Assembly (NCBI GenBank): GCA_965637545.1
Contig: OZ281501.1
Location: forward strand, 6,572,001 to 6,636,000
DNA: 64,000 nt
From: Phallusia mammillata
Lineage: Eukaryota
Direction of reading: 5' to 3'
Numbering within the stretch: position 1 is the stretch's first letter; each line of letters opens with the position of its first letter. The notes below the pieces were generated by a model that saw only the letters and a program-made list of their open reading frames with translations, did not search any database and was not told the origin of the DNA. This document shows positions 15,501-25,812 of the stretch, one piece after another. Position numbers and translations under genes: made by a program.

Positions 15501-17407
15501 AAACCGATTTTTGTCAAACTTATCCCAAATCCGAACCCGGTCCGAAAATATCTCATGCGACGGTTAAGTTTTGGTAAAAATCAAATAAAGTTTCTGTCAC
15601 ATTGTCAACAAAAGTATAATTGGCTTTGTCTATTTTACCGTCGTCGGCCGGAGATATGTAATCTCCGAATTACACTAAAATGTGTATGTCAATGCATTTT
15701 TTGACTTTGGTCTTCACCCTCTTCGCACACAATGTGGGTGTAGAATGTGGTGGAAAAGGTTTCTCGTTCGAAACGATAATTAATACGGCTGCCTATGTGT
15801 GGTTCAAAGCTGCAATTCAAGCTTGTTTTATTATTTTTTTTAAACAATTTAACCGCTGAATAAAAATGTTTCAACACAATCGTATTGTGTTTATGTTTGT
15901 TGAGTTATGGTCATAATCAGTCCACCATACAGTTATATATCCCTTATGCAACACTTGTGGGCCGCCCTTCTAGAACGAGGATACATACTGCACTGCGTTT
16001 TTTCTACCGCCCCTTTTTTTGTGTGTGTTTCGCCGTCCTTTTCGCTTTATAATAACTTGTGTTTGCAATGTATGTCATTACCCTGATGAAGGTGTTTCGT
16101 ATGGGACATCGAAACGTTGGCATAATAAAATAAATAAAACTGCCGGAAGAGCTAAAATTTTGTTGATACATACTGTTTTTGTCTATGAATTTTTCTGTCT
16201 ATTGCGAATTTGTTAGATAATTTTGGTGAGAAAAGAGTGGCTTAAAGTCATGCAAGTTTGCACAAATGACAGATTTGTACATAAAGATGTTGCCTGCACA
16301 TTTTGACCCTGGTTGACCCAAAGGTTTATCCACAGGTCCCTTAAATGCGAGAAAATTTAAAATCGGCTATATTTCCTGAAGTACATGACTCAAAGAATTT
16401 CATAAGTTTTTAATTGGTACAATGTAAAGACAAATCGTTTTGTAACTTTAAGTTAGATTTACACGTTCTTTATTCATTTTTGTGTTCTTTGCATCGACAG
16501 ATTAACCTTGCTGTGTCGCAATGTCAGCAAGAAGAACTCGACGGTGCTCTTCCACTTTACGAGGGCGCTCTTTCAATTTATCGCAAAAATCTTGGAAGCA
16601 AGAGTCCCCAAGTGTATCAGACCCTAAGAAATATCGCCGTACTTTTGTAAGAATTCGAATCTATTAGTTTCCCAAGCAATTATACGTTGTTAAGTTTTCT
16701 ATGCCTTTTTGATGTTGGATAAATTTTGCTTTACTTACAATACTATGATAATAATAGATGTAGAAGAAATTTGTTTGGTAGATATATTGAGATAAATGCG
16801 TTTTGGCCAAGTTTAGTAAAATATTAAGGTATTTTCATCTTACAATGTCGTGTTACTTCGATGGAATAATGTCACACATTTTAGAGCTTTTTATTTAGAA
16901 AGTTTGTACAACGTATGATATATATTTGCAAAACTTTGTACAAAATATCAGTGGTTTTCAAATACTTTTTGCAAATGTCTTACTTGACAATTTAAAATAT
17001 TTACATCCCATCTTGATGTACCACTAAGTAGCCACTAAATCAAACAAAGAACATTTCAGATTGGGTTATATTGTATCAACTTCACATATTAAGTGTCTAT
17101 TTACAAACCACATGCAAAAATTTAAGTTAATTTCTCCTAAAATGTTTTAATAAACTCAATGGTAAGAATCAATGGTAAACATGGAAAGAATTTGTATGCT
17201 ACAAAAAATGTGAAAATAACGTGTCAAAAATATTCGTACAACCGAAATTTATATTTTTTATTTTGGGTTGCAAGCATTTAACCTCATGTTATCTCAGACT
17301 TGACTTGTTTTAGATACCAGAAAGGTGAAATGGCTGGCGCAGCAGTTGCCTACAGACAAAGCATGGGAGGATCAGATACCAAACCACTTTCAACGTCAAG
17401 GTGGTAA
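511..17407 (+). CDS. NPHP3: Nephrocystin-3 orthologue, 28 coding exons, about 1322 aa (N-myristoylation motif, coiled coil, NACHT/AAA-like P-loop, C-terminal TPR array)
   Basis: Exons joined by hand with GT-AG and consistent phase: 511-672, 1327-1491, 2242-2385, 2668-2742, 2808-2913, 2981-3123, 3853-3977, 4463-4590, 4666-4792, 5167-5254, 5836-5964, 6072-6245, 6614-6714, 6970-7071, 7562-7739, 8426-8626, 9556-9638, 10280-10427, 10794-10949, 11390-11604, 12106-12307, 12754-12896, 13622-13790, 14106-14233, 14653-14817, 15171-15342, 16501-16646, 17314-17407 (sum 3969 nt). Peptides recalled as NPHP3-like: [58 protein letters not shown] (Walker A), ILLVVDSLD (Walker B), [56 protein letters not shown]-terminus MGSTGS fits MGxxxS. 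The exon 6 donor and the last exon are the least certain. Confidence 0.95.
1736..2135. mobile_element. hAT MITE (Ac-like TAGGGATG ends), NPHP3 intron 2
   Basis: TIRs TAGGGATGCGCC...GGCACATCCCTA; perfect 8-bp TSD CTGAACAT (1728-1735, 2136-2143); subterminal CCGAGCA/TGCTCGG repeats. Confidence 0.9.
5285..5562. mobile_element. hAT (Charlie/Buster-like) MITE, NPHP3 intron 10
   Basis: TIRs CAGTGGTTCTCAAAC...GTTTAAGAATCGCTG; TSD CTGCAGTC/CTGTAGTC. Confidence 0.8.
7330..7456 (+). mobile_element. tRNA-derived SINE-like fragment
   Basis: tRNA-Leu-like T-arm CGTGGGTTCGAATCCCACC (B-box 7366-7378); flanked by 10-bp direct repeat TTAGGTTGAC (7320-7329, 7457-7466); no complete cloverleaf. Confidence 0.5.
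8877..9314. mobile_element. hAT (Charlie/Buster-like) MITE with nested tRNA-derived insert, NPHP3 intron 16
   Basis: Perfect TIRs CAGTGGTTCCCAAAC...GTTTGGGAACCACTG; perfect TSD CCCTAACC (8869-8876, 9315-9322). Confidence 0.92.
8967..9075 (+). mobile_element. Short tRNA-derived SINE / retroposed tRNA-like sequence
   Basis: A-box TGGCCGAACGG (8977-8987), B-box GGGTTCGAACCC (9058-9069), A-rich end, 16-bp direct repeat AAAATCAATCAAGTAG at 8951-8966 and 9076-9091. Confidence 0.6.
12933..13200. mobile_element. hAT (Charlie/Buster-like) MITE, NPHP3 intron 22
   Basis: Perfect TIRs CAGCGGTTCCCAAAC...GTTTGGGAACCGCTG; TSD CTCTAGTA/CTCTAGTC. Confidence 0.9.
16071..16129 (+). ncRNA. Minimal type I hammerhead ribozyme motif (Penelope-like element end) followed by AATAAA
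   Basis: CC-CTGATGA-A-[GGTGTTTC GTAT GGGACATC]-GAA-ACGT-T-GG: intact core, 8-bp stem II (with G-U pairs), palindromic loopless stem III (ACGT), GUU cleavage triplet, only 2-bp proximal stem I, AATAAA at 16124-16129. Confidence 0.7.
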
Positions 17408-17689
17408 ATCACGTGATCTTTGAAGCCTCTTACAATCCCAGCATGTGCAATATTTATTTATTTGACTTAGCCCTTTGTTTTGTTTCTTTCTTTCGTTGCA
17501 TCGTTCCTGTGGGATTTTTGCACAATTCTGTTTTGAGGGAAATTTTCGTTTTGTTGCCTTATCCTTTTAACGCAATGCCAAGTACAGGCCGATTTCAATA
17601 CAAGCGTTCGCTAAAGGAAAAGTCAACAATATTTGCCAGAAAACTTTCATTAGGGTTTAAACCAGTTAATAGCGTGACATTTTTCGGGT

Positions 17690-20277
17690 TTAAACCGGTT
17701 TGGAGGTTCAGTAAAGGGCAGAAACCGGCTCAAAACAGTTAAAATGGAATATTTCGACTTTCGGTAGCAGGTAAAAACTGGTCACACCCGGTTGGAAATT
17801 GGAATTATCCCGCGAAAACCCACCAAAAACCAGATTTTTCTTCGATGTTTGACTCCAAAAACACGGGAAAGGCTATTAGGGCTTTTCAAAAATCGAGTCA
17901 AAATTTTAGATTAAAAAAACGGTTTGGAGGATCGGCACGAAGCAGAAACTGGTCATAACCGGTTTGAAACTGGAATATTCCCGCGAAAACCCACCGAAAA
18001 TCGGATTTTTCTTCGATTTTATGACCCCCAAAAATCGAAAAAACGGAAAGGCTACAGCTTTGTTTTTTTTTCAAAAATCGGGTCGAAATTTTCGATTTTA
18101 TAAACCGGTTTGGAGGTTCGGCAGGAGGCAGAAACCAGTCATAACCGGTTTGAAACCGGAATATTCCCGCGAAAACCCATCGAAAACCAGATTGTTCTTC
18201 GATTTTTTGACCCCCCAAAATCGAAAATACGGAAAGGCTTAGGGTTTTTTCGAAAATCGGGTCAACATTTTCGATTTTGAAAACCGGTTTGGAGGTTCGG
18301 CAGGAGGCAGAAACCGGTCATAGCCGGTTTGAAACTGGAATATTCCCGCGAAAACCCACCGAAAACCGGATTTTTCTTCGATTTTTTGGACCCCCAAAAA
18401 CCGAAAAAGGAAAAAGGCTATAATAGGTTTTTTTCAAAAATCGGGTCAAAATTTTCGATTTTGGAAACCGGTTTGGAGGTTCGGTAGGAGGCAGAATACG
18501 GTCATAACCGGTTTGAAACCGGAATATTCCCGCAAAAAAACGGATTTTTCTTCAATTTTTTGACCCCCCAAAATCGAAAAAACGGAAAGGCTTAGGGTTT
18601 TTTCGAAAATCGGGTCAACATTTTCGATTTTATAAACCGGTTTGGAGGTTCGGCAGGAGGCAGAAACCAGTCATAACCGGTTTGAAACCGGAATATTCCC
18701 GCGAAAACCCATCGAAAACCAGATTGTTCTTCGATATTTTGACCCCCCAAAATCGAAAATACGGAAAGGCTTAGGGTTTTTTCGAAAATCGGGTCAACAT
18801 TTTCGATTTTGAAAACCGGTTTGGAGGTTCGGCAGGAGGCAGAAACCGGTCATAGCCGGTTTGAAACTGGAATATTCCCGCGAAAACCCACCGAAAACCG
18901 GATTTTTCTTCGATTTTTTGGACCCCCAAAAACCGAAAAAGGAAAAAGGCTATAATAGGTTTTTTTCAAAAATCGGGTCAAAATTTTCGATTTTGGAAAC
19001 CGGTTTGGAGGTTCGGTAGGAGGCAGAATACGGTCATAACCGGTTTGAAACCGGAATATTCCCGCAAAAAAACGGATTTTTCTTCAATTTTTTGACCCCC
19101 CAAAATCGAAAAAACGGAAAGGCTTAGGGTTTTTTCAAAAATCGGGTCAAAATTTTCGATTTTGTAAACCGGTTTGGAGGTTCGGCAGGAGGCTGAAACC
19201 AGTCATAACCGGTTTGAAACCGGAATATTCCCGCAAAAAAACGGATTTTTCTTCAATTTTTTGACCCCCCAAGATCGAAAAAACGGAAAGGCTTTGCCTT
19301 GGGTTTTTTTCGAAAATCGGGTCAAAATTTTCGATTTTCAAAACCGGTTTAAACCGGTTTGGAGGTTCGGTAGGAGGCAGAAACCGGTCATTACCGGTTT
19401 GAAACCGGAATATTCCCGCGAAAACCCATCGAAAACCGGATTGTTCTTCGATTTTTTGATCCCCCAATATTAAAACCGGATTTTTGTTCGATTTTTGACT
19501 CAGAAAATTCGAAAAAACGGAAAAGGCTGTAGCCTTAGGTTTTTTCAAAAATCGGGTCAAAATTTTCGATTTTGGAAACCGGTTTTGAGGTTCGGTAGGA
19601 GGCAGAATCCGGTCATAACCGGTTTGAAACCGGAATATTCCAGGGAAAACCCACCGAAAACCGGATTTTTCTTCGATTTTTTAACCCCCAAAAATCGAAA
19701 AAGAGAAAGGCTAATTAACCTTTCCGTGTTTTCGAAAATCGGGTCGAAATTTTCGATTTTTAAAACCGGTTTAAACCGGTTTGGGGGTTCGGCAGTAGGC
19801 AGAAACCGGTCATGACCGGTTTGAAACCAGAATATTCCCGCAAAAACCCACCGAAAACCGGATTTTTCTTCGATTTTTTAACCCCCTAAAAACCGAAAAA
19901 GGGAAAGGCCATAATAGGTTTTTTTCGAAAATCGGGTCAAAATTTTCGATTTTGTAAACCGGTTTGGAGATTCGGCAGGAGGCAGAAACCAGTCATAACC
20001 GGTTTGAAACCGGAATATTCCCGCAAAAAACGGATTTTTCTTCAATTTTTTGACACCCCAAAATCGAAAAAACGGAAAGGCTATAATAGGGTTTTTTCGA
20101 AAATCGGGTCAAAATTTTCGATTTTCAAAACCGGTTTGAACCGGTTTGGAGGTTCGGTAGGAGGCAGAAACCGGTCATAACCGGTTTGAAACTGGAATAT
20201 TCCAGCGAAAACCCACCGAAAACCGGATTTTTCTTCGATTTTTGTCCCCTAAAATCGAAACAACGGAAAGGCTATAG
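17690..20277. repeat. Tandem array of about 14-15 palindrome-rich ~171-186-bp monomers
   Basis: Repeating unit AAAATCGGGTCAAAATTTTCGATTTT..AAACCGGTTTGGAGGTTCGG.AGGAGGCAGAAACCGGTCATAACCGGTTTGAAACCGGAATATTCCCGCGAAAACCC..GATTTTTCTTCGATTTTTTGACCCCCAAAAATCGAAAAAACGGAAAGGCT; contains a 532-bp three-monomer higher-order duplication. Confidence 0.95.
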
Positions 20278-21404
20278 CAGGGGTGGGCAACCTTTGTTAC
20301 TTTGGGGGCCAAAAACAAAAGCCAAAATTAGCTCTCGGGCGGCACCTGTGTATAACACAAGGTGATTTTACTTGGTTGCTTACCAAATATGCTTAACTAC
20401 AAGTGAAATTCGCATTTAATTCTAGCTTCATATTTCGCAAAAATAGCATCGGCGCATTAATCTGCTCAAAAATATATAAATGATGCCGCATGCGGCTCTT
20501 ACGTCGTTGTCGAAGTTTGGGGCCACTGTGTATATTTTGGTTAGTTAGTGGCGATCTGATACAAAAATCGTTAAATTTAAAGTAGGCTTTAACTTTGCTT
20601 TTGAACAAACTGACTATCGGTATGACCACAAACCTTGCCTCAAAACTGCAACCTTATGTGGCAAATGTCTTGATTATGATCGCATATATTCAATTGTTGA
20701 AGAATTAATGGTTGCTCATTGTTGCGTAATGAGACACAAAACGACAGCAATATTTACAACAAGTGTGTTACAAAGTAAATAATGCTTCAATCCGTTGTTT
20801 TTCGGGTTATGATGAACGTTATATTTTATGGGCAGTTTGTATTTTGAATTGAGCGATTGTTGGTGGGGAATGCATCAGTGACGTCGCAATGAATTTAGTT
20901 TCGCCATTTTGCATTTTTGTAAAACTCGGCGCCTAAGTTTGGGGCATATGCGCGTTAGATGAAAATACCGCAAAGTTTTTCAGCAGGGAAAATCTTTTGA
21001 GTAATCAATTTTTGTCATGTTAGTCTTAAAAATTGCAGTAAAAAAAAAGTTTAGCAATTCACCAGTCATGAATCTCACCGCACGTTATTGATAGAATGAG
21101 AAAAAAAAGGGATATTTTAATTCATATGTTTTTGTGTGTGGGATTCGTTAAAATGAGAGTTTTGTGTGAGAGACTGTGGAAATCATTTATTGTTGAAAAT
21201 GACTGGCCCGTGGTCTGTACAATTCAAATTGTGTTATTATTATGTTTGTGTGCGACATTTAGAAAAAGTACGACTAAGCACAGGTCTCTATGTGTGAGGA
21301 AGGGACGAGGCATTAAACATATGTGCTTATGTGCATAATGTGGCCCTTTGTGGTAACACAATAAAAAATATGGCTCTTAGGCTTTGACCGGTTGTCCACC
21401 CCTG
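20278..21404. mobile_element. Chimeric hAT MITE inserted in the 175-bp array
   Basis: TIRs CAGGGGTGGGCAAC...GTTGTCCACCCCTG; left ~200 bp homologous to the 24864-25180 MITE; same left target GGCTATAG but no right TSD and a different right end. Confidence 0.75.
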
Positions 21405-21424
21405 CCTTAGGGTTTTTACCGTTC

Positions 21425-23448
21425 CAGTGGCGGCTCGTGCCTAAAATTTGTGGGGGTGCTGCTCAAAATTTTAGCCTTTATTGAACATATATAAGTTGGC
21501 AATATATAGAAAACCTACATTTATAGTTTTCTAGCCATTGTTTTGTGTAGAAAAACAAGTAATACAAATCTTAATTAGAAACTCCATTGTGACGTAATTA
21601 TTGTTACGCAATAATGTACACGAGTGTAAACACCAGACGATATCATTTGTGTATTTTGTTTACTTACACAGCGACGGCTAAACACCATAACATGCAGTAA
21701 TAATGGGGAACAAAAACACACGTGACACAGACTCGAAACTAAGCGGTTGTAAATACGGTAAAACACAACAAGAATATAGAAAAAAAAGTAATGATTCCAA
21801 AAAGGTCGAAGTATTTCAGTTCGACAACATTTAAAAAAATGGCCATGTTTCATTTAAGTAACCTTATGGTCACAGTCAGCGTTTTCAACATATTATATGA
21901 CACTTCACAGATTATAATTGTCACACAAAAAACTAGCCATACAGCTGTTTATTGGTATCATAACTGACAAATTTAACAACCACTTTACATTTGTGTCAGA
22001 ACTTGTTTATTTTAACATCTTTTTTTGGAATTTTTGTGTACAGACTATTATTTGTCTTTCAGATTTTTAACTGCTATAATTGCTGCTTTATTTGCTGGCA
22101 AATAGCTTATGATTGCTTTTTTTAAGTGCAAAACTCCTTCAAGCTTTAAAATTTACAACACTCTCACTTAAATTTAAACCATATTATTAAACCTTGTGCT
22201 TCCTTTTTACAACCAAAATGAATCATAAAGTTATAGTTTGGGCATGATAATTGATAGCTTCTTCCTTGATTCCAAATGACAACTGAGAAACTGTTTTTCT
22301 ATTTAATAGTACTAGCACTGCATTTGCAAGTCTTTTGGAAATAATGGTGTTCCTAACAAAGGTTTGCATCCAAACTGTTTTGCCTTTGAAGGACTCATGG
22401 AAACAGCAAAAAGGATTTTTCATCCTAGTAATTTCACTTGTCAAAACATCATCTAGATTATTTTCAAAGTAATCATGAACATCAGATCTACAGAAACATT
22501 TTCATTTCAGTAACTAGCTTTTCTTTGTCAACAATAGGATGTGCTTGGTGGTCACTATACTATCTTGTCTGTAGAATGTTCATTCTTAAGAAACACTTCC
22601 TGTGAAGCAATTTAGCAGCTACTGTTTAGACAAACAGTACATGTCCATTATATCAATACTCATCTTTTTCATCATGTCCACGTAAGGGAGTTTCAAAGTT
22701 TCCACAGAACAAAATGCAGTCTATTATTTTGGACAAAATTTCACGCTTTTTTCCACTTTTTTGTTGTGTTCAATAATTGAAAGTCTATATACGCCTCACT
22801 AAGTTTTTCCTTAATACTTACAGTTCCCAAAAGTGAAAGTGAAACATCGTTGTCCACATGCTTCTTTGACTTCTCATGTTTTTCTGCTTTCTCACCTATT
22901 TTGGCTACATTTGTAAAACCATCTTTTGTCCAGCATTTTTCATCACCTCCAAACAGCAAACATGGAAAACAGAACAGTACATTTTTAACTTCACAACCAC
23001 AAAGCCATTTTTTCTTTTGATACCATTCAGAATTAAAACTGCGTATATATTTGCTTTGGCACACAATAAACGCGGAACAGACAACTACTTCCGGGTGCCC
23101 AGGTCACACGCTACGTGATTGGTGGAGCTGCGCGAGCCGCAGCACCCTGGCTCCTATTTCGCCCAGCATGTAGCTTTTCAAAGTGCGCATGCGCAGAACC
23201 GCAAAACGTCACGAAACGTCAGAAAACTGGAGCTGTAGTTCCAGCATTGATATACATTAGTGTTTCCAAAAAAAAAATTTTTAATGAAAAAAAAGGTGAT
23301 TAGGGCGGAAATTATGCTTATTATATATTGCTAAGGAATAAAAAAATAAAAATAATGAAAGTTATTTGTAATATTATGGTAGATGTATTAAGTAAAAATA
23401 TCTAGGGGGTGCTGCAGCTCCGCAGCACCCTAGCACGAGCCGCCCCTG
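21425..23448 (-). mobile_element. Decayed hAT transposon (2024 bp) with TTF-type zinc-finger transposase remnant
   Basis: TIRs CAGTGGCGGCTCGTGC...GCACGAGCCGCCCCTG; perfect TSD TACCGTTC (21417-21424, 23449-23456); internal minus-strand transposase fragment. Confidence 0.9.
22741..23064 (-). pseudogene. hAT transposase N-terminal fragment (ZnF_TTF, ZMYM1-like)
   Basis: RSFNSEWYQKKKWL..LFCFPCLLFG..WTKDGFTN..HEKSKKH is the typical TTF zinc-finger pattern; the frame is lost afterwards. Confidence 0.8.
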
Positions 23449-23479
23449 TACCGTTCTAAACCGGTTCGAAACTGGAATA

Positions 23480-24057
23480 TTTCCGTCAAATACTCGGGTT
23501 AATCAAGAATTCCGTTTAATCGAATATTTCGTTTAATCGAATAATTCGTTTAATCGAATATTTCGGTTGATCGAATATTCCATTTATTTGAATACTCCGG
23601 ATAATCGAATACTCTGTTTAATCGAATATTCCGTTTGATCGAATATTCCGGTTAATCGAATATTCCGTTTAATCGAATATTTCGTTTTATCGAATATTTC
23701 GGTTAATCGAATATTCCGTATAATCGAATATTCCGTTATATCGAAGGTTCCGTTTAATCGAATACTCCGGTAAATCAAGTATTCCGTTTAATCGAATATA
23801 CCGTTTAATCGAATATTCCGTTGAATCAAATATTCCGGATAATCGAATATTCCGTTAATCGAATATTCCGTTTTATCGAATATTCCGGCAAATCGAATAC
23901 TCCGTTTAATCAAATATTCCGTTTAATCGAATATTTCATTTAATCGAATCTTTCGTTTTATCGAATAATCCGTTTAATCGAATATTCCGTTTAATCGAAT
24001 ATTCCGGTTAATCGACTATTTCGTTTATTCGTATATTCCAGTAATCGAATATTCTGG
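23480..24057. repeat. 17-bp minisatellite (TTAATCGAATATTCCGT), roughly 30+ copies
   Basis: Visible periodic array built on the GAATATTC palindrome. Confidence 0.95.
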
Positions 24058-24705
24058 ATATTTTCCATGGAAAATTAAAGTAGGTTTGTTTCGATGTATC
24101 GTTTTATCATTCACCGTGATCAGTATGAGAACTTTTTTTAAAGAAATATCAGAAAAGTTGTTTTTAAGTTAATGGAAGAAACTTGATATTGCTTTATTTC
24201 TGGTGCGTCGTACATCTAATCAATTTTTCCAAGTTTCCAAATATTCTATTTGAATAAGGACTGACGATGCCATATATTTGGGCGAAATCGATTTCCGAAA
24301 GGGTTTGCAACAAAAATACACAGACTGATTTAAGTGTGTGCTGAATTTGTCAGCTAAGTAATGTCAATATATGTGACTGGATTCGTCTGTTGGGCACTCG
24401 TGGATCAGGACGATTTCTGTATTTGTACATCGTTATAGAAATGCCGTTTGTTCCAAATTATCATTGTAAATTGCATGATTGTTCTTGAAACGAAGCCATA
24501 AAAGTCATAGAACTGTGGCAGAAATATGATGACAGGCAAATAACTATAACAATTTAAAAAGCGGTATTTAGGAAGTTAGTATTAAACCCTACACTAATGG
24601 GCGGTAAAGAGTAATAATCTAGATTTTTCGTGGAAGATGGTTTGATGCTACTTTTACTGCGTTGATATTGTTACTTTGCAAGCAACCCAATTAATTTTTG
24701 AAGAT
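24058..24705. repeat. ~620-bp tail of the composite element, copy 1
   Basis: Near-identical to 25813-26432; starts with the palindrome ATTTTCCATGGAAAAT and contains a hammerhead motif. Confidence 0.92.
24255..24297 (+). ncRNA. Minimal type I hammerhead ribozyme motif, copy 1
   Basis: GGA-CTGACGA-T-GCC(ATATATTTG)GGC-GAA-ATCGAT-T-TCC: intact core, 3-bp stems I and II, palindromic loopless stem III ATCGAT, AUU triplet; predicted cut 24293/24294. Confidence 0.7.
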
Positions 24706-25560
24706 ATTTCGATTTTGAAAACCGGTTTTGTAGGTTCGGTAGGAGGCAGAAACCGGTCATAACCGGATTTAAACTGGAATATTCCCGCGAAAACCCACCG
24801 AAAACCGGATTTTTCTTCGATATTTTGGCCCCCCGAAATCGAAAAAAAACGGAAAGGCTATAGCAGGGATGGGCAATCTTTGTTACTCTGGGGCCATAAA
24901 CAAAAGCCAAAATTAGCTCGCGGCCCGCACCTGTGTATAACACAAGGTGGATTTTACTTCGTTGCTTACCAAATATGCTTAACTACAAGTGAAATTCGCA
25001 TTTAATTCTAGCTACATATTGCCAGGTCGCAAAAATAGCATCGGCGCATTAATCTGCTCAAAAATATATAAATGTTGAACTCGTTTGTCAGTACATTTCA
25101 AATTCAAGCGTCTCCGCGGGCCGCACAACCTTGAATTAAGGGCCACATGTGGACCGCGGGCCGCAGGTTGCCCACCCCTGGGCTATAGCCTTAGGGTTTT
25201 TTCCAAAATCGGGTCAAAAATTTCGATTTTGAAAACCGGTTTAAACCGGTGTGGAGGTTTGATAGAAGGCAGAAACCGGTCTAAACTTGGTTGAAACTGG
25301 TATATTCCTGGGAAAAACCCACAGAAAACCGGTTTGAAATGGTTTAGAAGTTCGGTAGGAAGTAGAAACCGACCATAACCGGTTTGAAACTGAAATATTC
25401 CGGCGAAAACCCACCGAAAACCGGATTTTTTTGATTTTTTGACCAACAGTTGTCGAAAAGCGGAGTCAAAATTTTCGGTTTTTGAAATTGTTTCAAACCG
25501 GTTTGGAGGTTCGGTAGGAGGCAGAAACCGTTCAAAACCGGTTTGAAACTGGAATATTTC
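24706..25560. repeat. Second, shorter run of the ~175-bp monomer (about 3 units) interrupted by a hAT MITE
   Basis: Same monomer sequence as 17690-20277, more diverged. Confidence 0.9.
24864..25180. mobile_element. hAT MITE (317 bp) in the 175-bp monomer
   Basis: TIRs CAGGGATGGGCAA...TTGCCCACCCCTG; perfect TSD GGCTATAG (24856-24863, 25181-25188). Confidence 0.9.
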
Positions 25561-25812
25561 CGTCAAATACTCCGGTTAATCAAGTATTCCGTTTAATCGA
25601 ATATTTCCTTTGATCGAATATTCCGTTTAATCGAATATTCCGGTTAATCGACCGTTCCGGTTAATCAAATATTCACGTTTAATCGAATATTTCATTCAAC
25701 CGAATCTTTCGTTTAATCGAATAATCCGCTTAATCGAATATTCCGTTTAATCGAATATTCCGGTTAATCGACTATTTCGTTTATTCGTATATTCCAGTAA
25801 TCGAATATTCTG
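25561..25812. repeat. 17-bp minisatellite, second array
   Basis: Same TTAATCGAATATTCCG unit; its end (..TTATTCGTATATTCCAGTAATCGAATATTCTGG) is identical to the end of the first array. Confidence 0.93.

Noticed and set aside
17898-19815. Several 90-140 aa ORFs on both strands
   Set aside because: They are translations of the ~175-bp tandem repeat with repetitive peptides and no domain signature.
23480-24057. CRISPR-like regular array
   Set aside because: Contiguous 17-bp tandem units with no unique spacers, eukaryotic context, and no cas genes.
24590-24650. Helitron 3' end for the composite element
   Set aside because: CTAG at about 24619 lacks a convincing GC-rich hairpin at the expected spacing, and homology continues past it.
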